Numbered from the stretch's first letter, positions 1-13,439 are shown. The stretch: DNA of 64,000 nt from Octopus sinensis (GCF_006345805.1 NC_043006.1:87668001-87732000); one strand, 5' to 3'. Made by a program: numbers and translations. The notes: generated by a model not told the origin, from the letters alone.

Positions 1-1993
1 TGATACTTTTATCAGGCTGAATTGATCACTGGAAGGCTTTTTCACTAGCTTAAATGTTCAGATGAAATAGCTACAACTATAAAAAATTGAAGATATTCAG
101 ATTTATAAAACTAGCTTCATTCATGGAGAAATAAATGGATACTTAGAAACAAAAAACCTAATACACAACAAAGTGTACATTGCTGTGTGTGTGTGTGTGC
201 ATGCATGTGTCTGAGTGAGAAAGAGAGTGCATGTGTTAGAAAGAGAGTACGTGTGGGAGTGTGAGTTTGTGTGTGTGTGTGTGAGAGAGAGAGTGAGTGA
301 GTTTGTGTGTGAGAGGGAGAGAGAGCAAGTGTGTATATAAAGTTAGGATTGTAGATTGCACATGATCTTAAGGAGTAGGCTTGTAGTTTGTTAACCTCAA
401 GTCAACTTGGATCAAAGGTTTGATCAAACATTTTCTAACTCACTATCAAATATAGTTTTGTTTTGTGCAATATATATGGGATCATACAATCAATGACACC
501 ACCTTTATTTTATTTGCTATGCTTATGTTTGGAAACAAAGGTGTGATATGAAAAATAATTGGCAATTGCTTCTCAAAGATCACGAGATCTCATTCACTCC
601 AGAGGCTCCCTTTAGTTAGAGAATAAGAAGTACTGAATGAAATGGTAGATAGTAGTTGAGTTTAAGCAGGGAACATCCCAACACCTTCCAAATGTAATAA
701 ACTAACAACACTCCAAATTCATGAGGGAATGAACAGTCCCCTTCAGGTTTCAAATCCATAAGATTCCACATATCATGAAAATGTCTAAATATGTTGAACA
801 ATTCCATGAAAATATAAAATATACTGGAAAGTAAATAGATACAGATATGAATATATTAGTATGGTACTAAGTAAAATATTGGGCAGGAGGAGATAGGTAA
901 TATAACAACCTGTTCTTTGCTTGAGTTAGAATTTAATATTTTTCATAAGGTTTACTGAAATGAAACCCAGAAAGGAATATGAAAATATGTCTCACCCAAT
1001 GATTTAAAAATAAAATTTGGTTTTAAAAAAATTGGTTGTTGTTTTTAAGTTTTCATATCACTTTTCATCAAAGTGATGTAACTGAAAACAATCTCACTAT
1101 AACAATCCTGTCTTTTTAAGGGTGTCTAAGGACTGTATTATCTAATGTAGTCTTCCCGCTTTTAAGATGGTCAGGTGTTACTTGAAAACATTTGGCTACT
1201 ATTTTTAGAATGGTAAGAAGCCATGTAGAGGCTCTTTCTTTGGATGGTGTTAAATTATGGCAGTTACTATAAAGTTTACCACTGAACCAAGCAAGCAGTA
1301 AATGGTATCCATAATTTGCAATTTATTTGCTGCTGTAACCAAAAAGTTCTGCTAGTTCTGAAAGCAATTATTACCGTTCTTGTCAATTATGTTACTAAGT
1401 ATTATTAAAACTAACATAATTTAAAGCTAGACAAATAATACAGCCACATTGTATTGTGTTTTTTATATTTACAATTATTATTTTCTTTCTTTTTTAGAAA
1501 GAAGAGGTTCTCTAGTAAGGATTGTATTGTTCATATATTTCTTTACTGCTAATATTAGGTTACAGTGCAGCTGCAAGTCACCTTCAAGTGCCATTAAATA
1601 ATTTCAGCTTCATAGACTGACTTTGATCGACGTAAATTGATTCCAATGAAAATATGTCCAAAATACCGACCATCTCAGAAAATAACATTTTAAATTATGG
1701 AGCTGTTAATTTGTAATTTTAAAACTGATTTTTCTACTTCTGAAGCCATAATTGTTGAGCAAATGACAATAACTGTGAAGAAAAAATTTCTCTGCTTCTG
1801 AAGCCATGAATGCAGAGGAAAAATGTAATAAAAAACTAAGAAAAGAACTATTACATTTGAGGCATATGTGCAATCATACTGCCTCACCAACAAGGGCACC
1901 TTACATAGTCACTCACCCTGCTAGAAATAGCAGTCCCTTAAAACATATGTAACTGGCAGTAGTGAAGAAGGTGTATGTATGTATGTATGTATG

Positions 1994-2040
<47 letters not shown>

Positions 2041-2738
2041 GTGTGAAGAAGTGCCACTCCCGAACAGTTGAAGGAATCAGGTGGAGAGGTAGACCCAGGA
2101 AGACATGGGATGAGGTAGTCAAGCATGACCTCAGAGCGTTGGGCCTCACTGAGGCAATGGCGAAGGACCGAGATCTCTGGAGATGTGCTGTGACTACTAA
2201 GACCTGGGATGCTTCCGGCACCAGTTCCGCATACCCCCTGCCCATTGAAAGTACCTTGGATCCCGGAACATCTCGCTGTGCTTGAGGAGACCTGTTGAGT
2301 CAAGTGCATGTACATGAACATCGAACCAAATATCAATGGAAACAGTAGTTGTGATACCTGTGCCGGTGACACATAAAAAGCACCATCCGAACGTGGCCGT
2401 TGCCAGTGCCGCCTCGACTGGCTTCTGTGCCGGTGGCACATAAAAGGCACCATCCGAACGTGACTGATGCCAACCCCGCCTTGACTGGCTTCTGTGCTGG
2501 TGGCACATAAAAAGCACCAACCGATTGTGGCCGATGCCAGACCCCTCTGGCACCTGTGCAGGTGGCAAGTAATAAGCACCCATTACACTCACGGATGGTT
2601 GGCATTAGGAAGGGCATCCAGCTGTAGAAACACTGCCAGATCAGACTGGAGCCTGGAGCAGCCCCTGGCTCCCCAGAACCCGGTCGAACCGTCCAACCCG
2701 TGCTAGCGCGGAAAACGGACGTTAAACGATGATGATGA
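2041..2738 (+). mobile_element. 5'-truncated RTE-clade LINE: ORF C-terminus plus 3' UTR with ~65-bp internal tandem repeats and (GAT)n tail
   Basis: Translation ...RGRPRKTWDEVVKHDLRALGLTEAMAKDRDLWR... matches the RTE C-terminal GRPxxxW...DRxxWR motif. It ends in GGACGTTAAACGATGATGATG, the tail shared with other copies in the window. Confidence 0.8.
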
Positions 2739-2973
2739 TATATATATATATATGTACACACACACACACACATACTGACAGGGGAGGCAACTGTCCTCCC
2801 CCTTGTCAGCATGTGCGTATTCATTTTGCACTCCTCCTGCAGCATTAAGAGTATTTTAACTCTTATTTCTAACAATGTAGGAGCTCTGGCATCCTTAGCC
2901 ACACTTAGTGATGACTGAATTTTTCCATTATGGTATCACATTGCACTTGGCAGTTTATATTAATTTATATATA

Positions 2974-4230
2974 CGAGGGATGTTCAATAAGTAATGTCTT
3001 GCAGTTGTTTGATCTAGCTGAAATTGTGCATGTGCAATTATCTATATCTCTACAGATTAAGTGGCAAATTACAGCTCTGAACTAATTGCGGTTTCTGATT
3101 TACAGGTGTTTGAACTGAGTCAAGTGTGAAATGGAGCCTGTTGAGTGTTGAGCAGTGATCCGGTTTTTGTATTTGAAAGGACACACGCCACAGGAGACTT
3201 TTGATGAAATGAAAGTAACTTATGGTGATGATGCCCCATCATATGACCTTGTAAAACACTGGCATCGTGAATTCAAACATGGTCGGAACTCTGTAGAAAC
3301 AGCTCCCAGATCTGGTCACCCCTCTTCTGCCATTGATGAGGCATCTGTCCGTCAAGTTGAGGCTGCCATTTTGGAAGATCAACGCATAACTATTCGCCAA
3401 ATAGCCCATGAGGTCAAGATTAATACTGGGCCTGTGGAAACTATCATTCATGACCATTTGCATATGCAAAAGGTGTCTGCCAGATGGATTCCCAGGTTGC
3501 TCACACCTTTCCAGAAGCAAGAACGCATTGAGTGCTCGAGGATGAATTTGGAGATGTGCCAAGAAGATGAGTCAAAATTTTTCAAAAGACTGATTACACA
3601 GGATGAAACCTAGGCCCATCACGATGATCCAGAGACCAAAGCCCAGTCAATGCAATGGAAGCACCGTGACTCACCTCCTCCAAAGAAGGCAAGGTCATGC
3701 TCACAGTCTTCTGGGACCAGGATGGAGTAGTGATGACAGATTTCCTGGCAAAGAGTACCACAATAATAAAAAGCCTATTATGCTTCACTTTTAAGGAAAT
3801 TAAGAGAAGCTATCAAAATCAAGAGGCGGGGCAAGATCAGCAAAGGCATCCTCCTCCTGCAGGACAACACTCCGGTCCACAACTCGCGTGTCGCCAGATC
3901 AGAAGCACAGGTGTGCAGCTATGAACTCCTCCCCCATCTCTACTCTCCTGACCTTGCACCCTCTGATTTTCACCTCTTCCCAGCCATGAAGTTGTTTTTG
4001 AAAGGAAAGCGTTTCCCAGATGATGCAGCCTTGATTTCTGAAGTCACGTCGTGGTTGGAGGACCAAGCTGGGGGTCTTCTACAAAAACGGTCTCCAGAGC
4101 TGCATCAAACGGGAGAAATGCGTAACTCTGGGTGGTTTCTATGTAGAAAAAGACTAATAACAGTGCCAAGTTTCGTTGCTCTACTGCTATGGGAAGTGAG
4201 TCAGGGGCATTACTTATTGAACGCCCCTCG
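2974..4230 (+). mobile_element. Mariner (Tc1/mariner, D,D34D) transposon, decayed copy 1
   Basis: TIRs CGAGGGATGTTCAATAAGTAATG / CATTACTTATTGAACGCCCCTCG. TA on the left, TG (mutated TA) on the right. Transposase fragments WIPRLL, TQDET, QDN, SPDLAPSDF. Confidence 0.95.
3131..4157 (+). pseudogene. Mariner transposase pseudogene (stops, frameshifts, internal deletion)
   Basis: ATG at 3131, TGA near 3149, TAG replacing the W of DETW. About 20 bp are missing near 3690 relative to the copy at 42 kb. Confidence 0.9.
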
Positions 4231-4403
4231 TGTATATATATATATATATATAGGGAGAAGTTGAGGTTATAAGAGATATTGGTGTTATTGAGACCCAAAG
4301 GTGTCAGGTAATGCTGAAGAACTGCTATAGACAGACCATAGTTAAGTTCTAGATTCGGTAATATTGTGAATAAAGGGTTCAACGTTGGTTCTATGTTAGC
4401 GTG

Positions 4404-4601
4404 TGTATATATATGAATTTTTTGTGTAATAAGATTAAAAAAAACCAAGGCTGTGTAGATACTAGAGCATTTATAGATAGAAGGTCTTACAGCTGTTTCT
4501 AGGATAACAGCTGTAAGACCTTCTATCTATAAATGCTCTAATATCTACACAGCCTTGGTTTTTTTTTATCTTATTACGCAAAAAATTCTTATATATATAC
4601 A
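4404..4601. repeat. Near-perfect palindrome (~94-bp arms, 8-nt spacer) centred on the 3' half of a hammerhead motif
   Basis: Arms 4404-4497 and 4506-4601 are reverse complements with few mismatches. The centre reads GTCTTACAGCTGTTTC-TAG-GATAACAGCTGTAAGAC. Confidence 0.85.
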
Positions 4602-5146
4602 TATGTATGTATTAATAATAATGGTAAGACAGCAAAAGAATGAAAGAGACCTCGATATTATGTAAACAGAGGAATTTATTTTTTAGACATGCATTTGAAT
4701 ACAACTGTGCGCATATGGTTACATGCACATGTGTGTGAGTGGATTTCTATACGTGTACATGCATGGTTGCATATATATGTGCATCTATTTAACGTATTTG
4801 TGGGTGTGCATGTGTGCGTTCCATGCAAGTCTGAGTGAACATATGCATATAGGCACATGTACATGGGTGTGCATGTGCACATGTGTATGCATGTAAATGT
4901 ATGCACATGTGATTGCTATGAGCTTTCTTACTCCTTTACCTTTTACTTTTTACTTCCTCTCCTTCGGTTTTTTCCCTTAGTTAACAGTCATTCTAATAGC
5001 TCTTTTGTCTTAATACCGGTCATTTACATAGTAATTTCCCTTTGTTTAATGGTCATTTTCATAACATATTTTAATTGCCTCAACAACTGAAGAGATGCCG
5101 GTGCAGGTTTCTGGTAACTGAATAATTGTCACACATTATATTACAA

Positions 5147-5188
<42 letters not shown>

Positions 5189-5196
5189 ATGTGTGT

Positions 5197-5503
5197 GTGG
5201 AGGCACAATGGTCCAGTGGTTAGGGCAGCGGACTCGCAGTCAGAGGATTGCAGTTTCGATCCCCAGACCGGGTGTTGTGTGTGTTTATTGAGCGAAAACA
5301 CCTAAAAGCCCCACGAGGCTTCAGCAGGGTGGGGGCGATCTCCGTTGTACTCTTTCGCCACAACTTTCTCTCACTCTCTCTTCCTGTTTCTTGAGTAACA
5401 CTGTGATGGACTGGTGTCCCATCCAGCTGGGGGGAACACATACGCCACAGAAACCAGGAAACTGGGCCCATGAGCTTGGCTAGGTTTGAAAAGGGTGACG
5501 TTT
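5197..5503 (+). mobile_element. tRNA-headed SINE (Meta/V-domain-like body)
   Basis: A-box TGGTCCAGTGG and B-box GTTTCGATCC. Body contains GATGGACTGGTGTCCCATCCAG...CAGAAACCAGG. A second copy lies on the minus strand at 51600-51903. Confidence 0.75.
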
Positions 5504-5509
5504 ATCATT

Positions 5510-5574
<65 letters not shown>

Positions 5575-8187
5575 ACACATATATATATATAGCAGAAATG
5601 TCTGTGACCCTAAGTCTACTCAATAAGCAAGGACTGAACAATAAACTAACCATTTATGGTTGACATTCATCTCTTGTCTCTTAGTTTGGAGACCATGTGT
5701 CAAATTGTACAATTGTAGCATATACAGATGAAGCTGTCTCTGAACCACACTATCAACACTGGTGTGTCCTAGGGTTGTCTTGCCTCCAAAACTCTGACCC
5801 TATACATCAACAAGCTACATGCCAAAACTCAGTCCAAAACAAATGATACTATTGTCCCTTCTTCCTTGTTCTCTTCTTTCACACCTGCATGCAATCTAGA
5901 CTCAAAAAACAAAATATTCTGAAAACATCTAGTAATGTGGTATGTTAATTTTGTCTTCAACAGCAAAATGATGCAACTACTACACATATTAAAAATATAA
6001 TATCACCCTTTAAGCATGAACATATAGGTAGATCCTTCATGACTGATACAAATGTATCATTGATGATGACAACAAAAACTGTTTGGCAAGGAGTGGCCTT
6101 CTTCAGAACTAAAAAGTAGTTCAGACCCCAACAACTATTAACTATGAGATCAACTTCTGCTACAATGTTTGGTACATGGTCAACCACAAACACACTGCAA
6201 CTTCTCACCTACAGATGTGCTGTCCCTCTTCACTCTCTTCTTTTTCAACCACTACTACAATAGTCTCTGCTTCTTAGAGTCAGATGGTTTCTTGCCATCT
6301 CCTGTAGCAAGAAACCATTTCACTTTCTCTATAATTATCCATATGAATTCTAAACTAACCATTAGATCTAGGACTTTGTCTCCAAAGTGTTGGCCATTTG
6401 GGATTGTCTCCCTGCATCCAATGTTGTTTTTTTTTTGCATCAATCTCAAAGTCTCAGAGTATTTACAACGCCCCAGACAAATCTTCCTCTTCACCAAACT
6501 AATATAAAATACATACAAAAAGAATTAGACATTTGGTAATGAACACTTCCCTATACTGCTTTATTCCAAAATATTTACATCTCTCCTAAAGATGAGACAG
6601 TGAAAATTGCTTTGATAACAAAAACAAAGTTTATAGGAATGATTATGCCAAAACATAATGTATCATCTAAATATATCATCTAAATTCTCTAGGTATTCTT
6701 TGTAATATATACCAGCATTTTCTTATTTAAAATGTGGTTTGAGGCAGATATTTCTAGCAGGTCAAGCAGCCATTTTGAGTCTCTCTTACTGAATGTAATG
6801 GGAAAAGCAGTGTTGTTTTTAAGTGTTAAAAATCAGAGTAGTGAAGAAATGCATAAGTAATGCATTTGTGGTGTCTGGAGACAATGTTTAGTAAAACAGC
6901 ACACTTGTAGCTTTCACCGTGTATGATAAAGAAATGTGACACTGAGAAAGATGGCTGTTGTAGTTGTTACTATGAACGTGAGGACTTTTAGGTGTCTGTT
7001 ACAGACAGAGAGAGGGAGAACAGAATAGTTGATGAGATAGGTAGTGGAGATGATAATGGTTTTGATAACATTGATAATAGTTTTTGCAAGAGTCATGACT
7101 GGTATATGTTGGCATCAAATTGATGGAAGTAGCTACACTGAAGAGCAGGGTTGGATCAAGATGACAGGTTTGATAATAATGTCCATGGTGCTGATATTGA
7201 TGATGAAAACAATAGATAATGCTTACAATGATCATGAAAATAATGAGGATGGAAGGTACAATATTGAAAGGAAAGGGGGAGTGAAAAAAGTCTAAAAGTA
7301 GAATTTTGTTTCTTAATATCGCAAAGTTTCAAAATCAATAATCTATCAATTATAAGTTTCTCTAGGGTTATTTAATATTCCTTCTCACAAATCTCATCAT
7401 GATACTGGAAGAACTAACTCCCACAACGAGCCCTTTGCTAGTTTGTTTCACATTTGTCAAAACCATGAGAAAGTTGTTGTTGGCGTGTTTGTGTGTGTGT
7501 GAAGGAGGAAGAGAGTGAGAGAGGGGAGAGAGAGTGAGAGGGGAGAGAGAGCAAGAGAGAGAGAGAGAGAGAGAGAAGGAGAGGACTGCTAGTAAAATAT
7601 AATCTAACAAAACCTGATGCCTCGTCAGGTTGTTGGCAACTAACCCAAAAATCTACCAAGTTAGCCTGGGTTGCAAGAAATCCAACAGGACATAAACAAT
7701 AACAGCTGTAAAGATAAACTCAGCACAAGGTCAATGATTATCTAATAACAGCTCAACGACTGAGACATTCCAGGCAAAGTAGGATCACTGCAAAGAGGTA
7801 GCCTCCAAGATTTGTTATTGCATGTCTCTAGGGGTAGGTTACTCTGTTATATAACCCATATAACTATCGTACTTTGACTTGTCTGTTGGTTCCTTGGTTG
7901 TCATAAGAGTTACTGCAGTGTTAATTAGATCTAAGGCAATTTTTTCAAGTCTCAAATCTCATATGAGTGTTCTTGACAATTTATCATCTAGTCATCAGTG
8001 ATGGTTGTTCTTGTTCAGTGAGTGGTGTTTCCTGTATGCTTACATACATACACACACACATATGTACATTTACATATACACAACACATATATGTATATAC
8101 ATATAAACATACATATATACAGATATATACATACAAACAAATATATATACACATACATACATACATACATACACACATGCATATACA

Positions 8188-8233
<46 letters not shown>

Positions 8234-8436
8234 GTATGCAGGTTTAGTTCACAGGTGATCTAAACAATTAATTATGCTATGTAAGTGCTGTAACAGATTA
8301 CTGAGGCTCCAAGGTCATAGCTGAGACAGTAGTTATGGAGCCATTGTAGATTTCTGATGCAGCAGATATATAATTGTTAAAGAGGACAACAAACATTAAG
8401 GCAAGGCAGACATCTCAAGTCGTATACAGTATTCAG

Positions 8437-8492
8437 TCTTACAGCTGTTTCTGGGATATACTCGAGTGTGGGATATTCTGTCATCAGACACA
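8437..8492 (-). ncRNA. Type I hammerhead ribozyme motif (inverted arm)
   Basis: Minus strand: GTGT-CTGATGA-CAGAATATCCCACACTCGAGTATATCCCA-GAAACAGCTGT-A-AGAC. Core intact, stems I and II partly mismatched. Confidence 0.6.
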
Positions 8493-9128
8493 AATCGGAA
8501 AAAAATTAGGAAAATGAGAATGGTATATATTAATGAGGTGATGACATTGAGGAAGGAAGTAAAAGAATAAGGAGATGGAAAGAAAGAAGAAAAGGGAGGC
8601 ATAAAAGTTCATAGTTCAACTTTCCAAAGTTATAGAATCCTGCATCAATCAATGTGGGTTAAAATCCTGATACAGTAGACATTCCGAGAAGACGCAAACA
8701 TATCAATGTTCAATAGCAGAATGGTAGTGGAGGTGGCTATTAAGTGATAAAAGGAAAGAGAAGAAAATGAATAGAAAGTGAGGTAGAATGATGGGAGGGG
8801 GATTTTATGGATTGGCTATAAGATAAAGTAAGGTGTATATGTGTATGGTGTCTAAAATTGTGTACGGGATAGCTGAGAAGAGAGAGGATGAGGAGGTAGA
8901 GGAAGATAGTGTAAAAAATAGAGCAAAATAAAAGGAATTTAGAGAGAGTAATAGATGTCTGTGGTAATCTTAAAGTCTAAAGTTGTTGGGGAGGAAATTT
9001 AGTAGTAATGGCTTGTGTCCAATCTTACTTTGACATTGATACTAGAAACAACAGCAATGTCATAATCAATTCACCTAGCCACTATCAGCACTACCTCCTC
9101 TCACTCTCCAATTAACCATCATAGAACT

Positions 9129-9372
9129 GATAACTGCAACTTCAAATCCAGGATGGATTGCCTACTACAAGCCCAATGCAGAAGATTCAATATCATATAC
9201 TGATGCACCATTCACAGCATGGTAAATAATTCCTGTGGCAACTACATTGGATCTAGTACCAATTTTAAACAAAGGCATTATGCACATTTAAACTCATTTA
9301 AATATAAGGAGAATAGCAATTCCACATCACTAGCCAGCTACGTACACCATCTAATTAAGAGAAAAATACAGT
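9129..9372 (+). pseudogene. Penelope-type GIY-YIG endonuclease remnant
   Basis: One frame reads CNFKSRMDCLLQAQCRRFNIIY*CTIHSMVNNSCGNYIGSSTNFKQRHYAHLNSFKYKENSNSTSLASYVHHL: Cys-rich linker, IIY/YIG motifs, R..H and the NST.L motif typical of PLEs. One in-frame stop. Confidence 0.85.
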
Positions 9373-9458
9373 ATATTCTCCTTGTTCTTTTACTACCTTC
9401 CTCTATGTCATCATCTCGTTAATGTATACCAATCTCAGTTTTCCTACTTTTCCTTATT

Positions 9459-9515
9459 TGTCTCTGATGACAGAATATCCCATACTCGGGGATATCTCCG
9501 AAACAGTTGTAAGAC
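9459..9515 (+). ncRNA. Type I hammerhead ribozyme motif (PLE-type)
   Basis: Stem I GTCT/AGAC, core CTGATGA, stem II ATATCCCC/GGGGATAT with an imperfect junction, GAAACAGTTGT, then A at the cleavage position. Confidence 0.7.
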
Positions 9516-9717
9516 TTTGAATTTTTTCCAATAATAATATTGTATACGACTTGAGATGTCTGCCTTGCCTTAATGTTTGTTGTCCTCTTTAACAATTATA
9601 TTTATATACATATACATACATACATGTATATACATATTTACATATATACAAACACATACATATATATGTATGTGTTTGTAAGTACTATATCTATATACAT
9701 ACATGTATATACATATT

Positions 9718-9759
<42 letters not shown>

Positions 9760-10727
9760 CATACATAAATATGTGTATGTTTGTATGTATTATATATATA
9801 TATACCTAGTATGGCCACAATCAAATGACTGAAACAAGAAAAAAGGATTAAATTATATAGGCATGTTAGCCTACTTTCAGTTTCTTTTCTACAAATCCAC
9901 ACACATTACCTTCGTAAGCTTGAGACTATAGCAGGAGACACTTGCCCAAGTTCTTGCACAGTGGGACTGAACCAGGAACTATGTGTTAGAGAAGAAAACT
10001 GTTCTTAATCACACACAGCCATATATTTCCTTGCAGTTCAGTTTTTCCAATTCTAAAAGCTTGTTAATTTCAAACTAGATTAAATTTTTTTACTTTCCTC
10101 TGTAACAAAGCAGCTGCTAAAAAGGAATAAATGGATTCAATAAAGTCATTCAATGATCATAACATTCAAAATATGCTAGATAATATTTTCTTACATTTTC
10201 TATCAATATTTCCCCACTTCCCTGATGTTGCTTATTAAAAATTTGTTATTCTGTGTTATTTTGAGAAATTTTTTTCTGTAGGTAACATTAGGCAGAAATC
10301 TTATTTTGAATAGAATAGCTAATCATAGGAAACATTTATGGCCAGGTAACAGCATTATAATATAATGATGTTCATACAAATTTATATGGTACGAGCAGAA
10401 GAGAATACCGATTCTTTATTTCAAAAACTAACCTTTCATCTGACATTGGAAAAACAAAATATCATAAGGAAAAGGAAGAAACAATCCTAAAAGGGGAAAT
10501 AAAGGGAAGAAAAATATCATTTTTCTCTTTTTGAGGAATGTTTAGTCTAGAAACATTGGTATCCTCTTCTGTAGATGGAAACTCACAAACTTTAATATAT
10601 AATTCTTGTTGATACTGGTCACAACCAGTGTCTTCAATCACTCTAGCAAAAATATATAATAATCAAGATATTCTAACAAACAAATAACAATAAATTTCAT
10701 TGAGGAACCATTGCATTTAACTTACTC

Positions 10728-11095
10728 ACAGGAGTGGCTGTGTGGTAAGTGGCTTGCTTACCAACCACATGGCACCTTGGGCAAATGTGTTCTACTATAG
10801 TCTCGGGCCAACCAAAGCCTTGTGAGTGGATTTGGCAGACGGAAACTGAAAGAAGCCCATCGTATATATGTAAATGTATGTTATATGTGTGTATGTGTTT
10901 GTGTGTCTGTGTTTGTCCCCCATCGCTTGACAACCGATGGTGGAGTGTTTATGTCCCCGTAACTTAACAGTTCGGTGAAAGACTCCGATAGAATAAGTAT
11001 TAGGCTTCCAAAGAATAAGCCCTGGAGTCGATTTCCTCGACTAAAGGCAGTGTTCCAGCATGGTCACAGTGAAATGACTGGAACAAATAAAAGAG
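10728..11095 (+). mobile_element. tRNA-headed CORE-like SINE (family A)
   Basis: GGAGTGGCTGTGTGGTAAG head, GCACCTTGGGCAA CORE-like motif, internal (GT)n, AAATGACTGAAAC..AAAAGAG tail. Multiple copies in the window. Confidence 0.8.
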
Positions 11096-12699
11096 TACTT
11101 CTTTGTAATCTTGACTAATTATAACAATAAAATTCATTTGAATACCAGTTATAGTAATTGTTAGCATTTTGCTTTAAAAGTCAGATGATGCCAACATGTT
11201 AAATTACCATCAATTTATATAACTGGGCTTAGCATGGTAATCCAATATGACCACAAAGAATGAACATGTTAAAAAAAAAAGCTGACATAGGATGAATAAA
11301 TGACATTAAAGCATGCAATTAATTTTGATAAATGTGCAGAAATTACATTTAAATTAACCATCTATCAAAATATGGATGTATAACACTTGTGAGCTTACTA
11401 GATATTTTGATACAGTTTTTGAATGATTCTTGACTATAAATCTGCAATGAAGCAATAGTAGCAAAGGTCATATTAAAGAATGAACACATTCACATATTTA
11501 TTTTTAGGTCTTAGAAGGACAGTGCCCACAGATTTTTGCAGTACCTCTGATAATAATAGATAAGAAAGGAAAAAACTTCAGTTCATAGCTTACAGCAGTA
11601 TATCAACACACTGGGTTTAAGTTAGAACAGAGACCCAGTTCAAATGCTTGCACATTAAAGACATATTAGGAGCTAGTGGAGGTGTTAAACCAGATACTGG
11701 ATTGCCACTAACACCCCAACAGAGTTTTAACTAATGTTGTTAAATTTAGAATCAATTCTGGTTCAATATCTGAAATGGGTTCATAAAGGGAACACATTTA
11801 AAACATTATTCTAAGTGAGGCTGCTTTGGTGTTATAATTGAACATAGGCGTTTTGTAAAATAAGAGAAGAAATGATTTAATTACAAGGTGTTGACAATAA
11901 CTTTTTTTAAATGTGTTAAGTGGTACTCATTTGCTTCATATAATTTCTTTCCTATTTGACTGAAGTCCATCCAAGTAAACCCATTAATTGCATAATATTC
12001 CACTGTAATCTGGCTAATAGTAATTAATGCCACTAACATTCTACAATGTGCAATATCTTATGAGAACTACCTTCTATGAACTTTGTATGAAAACATCAGT
12101 TTTTATGCTATATTATGTGCTTCAAATATAGATTTCCTTCATCACTATCACCATTATCTAAATCTGTAGGTCTTCCCTGCTTTGGTAATATGTGAATAAG
12201 ATTTATCTTGCTCTCATAATGTGAGCAAGATATATCAATAAAAAAATCAACAAAATGAAAATATATTATATTCATACTGACTTCCACTGCTGAGCCACTC
12301 TGAGACCTAGAAACAACAATGAAATCCTCTTCAAATAATGTCCTAAAGTCTTAAAAAGAAAGAGAAAGATATTAGACAATGGTAGTCCTAGAGGAAAGAG
12401 AGAATGGTCTTTGAGTGAATGCTGTCAATCATATATATATCTGGATGACCATGCTTAACTAAACAGCAACAACATTATGAAAAAGTATACCCCATTGTCA
12501 TACAACAGACTGATGTCTGGCATATAGAGATGAGCACAACAGTAAGCAATCCCCTGAACAATAACCTGTGTGCTATATAGGTCTTCTCAAGCTTACCCAC
12601 ACCACCAAATAACAACCTGTAGAGCATTGTCATCTTTTGTATCTGCACATCCATTATTATTCAATGCAAACCCAAATGGCTTTTTGCAGGCATGGCTGC

Positions 12700-13178
12700 G
12701 TAGCTGCTTGTATGGCTGTGAAGTTAAGAAGTTCTTTTCCTAGCTATGTGGTTTCAGGGTTCAATCCCACTGCCTGTCATCACAAACAAATGTCTATTAT
12801 CACCCTGGACTGACCAAAACATGGTTATCAGATTTGGTAGATAGAAACTAAACCAAGTCAGCCTGTCATGTGTGTATACATATATACTAATGTAGTGTGT
12901 GTATCTATGCATGTGGTTGGATGGAGGTCATTAGTGTTGCCTTCATTTACAACTATCACACAATGTCATAGTTGTAAATGAATTTCATTGTCCTGCAAGC
13001 AGTGTCATTCATTTTCAAACTTCTGTAACACATCTGGCAATGTGGAAATATTACCTTGCTTGGAAACAGGAGAGAATCAACAAAAAGGACATCCAGCCAT
13101 TGAAAATTTTTCCCAAAGTATCCTATCTAACTCAATCAAGCATGAAAAAGTGGATATTGAAACCATGATGATGATTTA
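12700..13178 (+). mobile_element. Degenerate SINE with family A-like head and RTE-type (GAT)n tail
   Basis: Head resembles family A. The end GCATGAAAAAGTGGATATTGAAACCATGATGATG resembles the RTE tail. Confidence 0.55.
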
Positions 13179-13406
13179 AACTAATTAAATTTTTCTCTTT
13201 CATTAATACTGTTTGCTTGATAAATTCCTGTATCAGTTTTGACATATAAGCATCCAGGTGTTTAAGCAACTGGACAACCAGTTGATTGAAATAGGGTGCA
13301 AAGTGAGTGAGTTCCAGATCCCGGATTTCTGGCTTTGCATAAGAAATGCTTTGCCTCATCAGTGGAATACATGTAAAATAGTACATAAAAACAAATATAT
13401 ATATAC

Positions 13407-13439
<33 letters not shown>

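Larger units (their letters stand above)
8369..9600 (+). mobile_element. Penelope-like element fragment with inverted HHR-bearing terminal repeats
   Basis: 8369-8575 is the reverse complement of ~9385-9600, and the outer ~65 bp are nearly identical. A GIY-YIG remnant lies inside and both arms carry an HHR motif. Confidence 0.85.

Noticed and set aside
616-807. 63-aa minus ORF with protein-like composition
   Set aside because: No convincing donor site and no recognisable motif.
2340-2585. CRISPR-like array of hairpin repeats
   Set aside because: The context is eukaryotic, the linkers are homologous to each other, there are no cas genes, and it is part of an RTE 3' UTR.
5083-5120. CTGAAGAG...GAATAATTGTC possible hammerhead
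   Set aside because: The GAAA core is broken and there is no stem I pairing, so it is too degenerate to call.
5957-6518. Several 80-110-aa ORFs on both strands
   Set aside because: No splice-site support or recognisable domain. Possibly an ancient repeat remnant.
13190-13390. Protein-like stretch (AKPEIRDLELTHFAPYFNQLVVQLLKHLDAY... on minus; VFKQLDNQLIEIGCK on plus with GTGAGT donor)
   Set aside because: Splice acceptors are weak on both strands, so I cannot choose a strand or support it as an exon.
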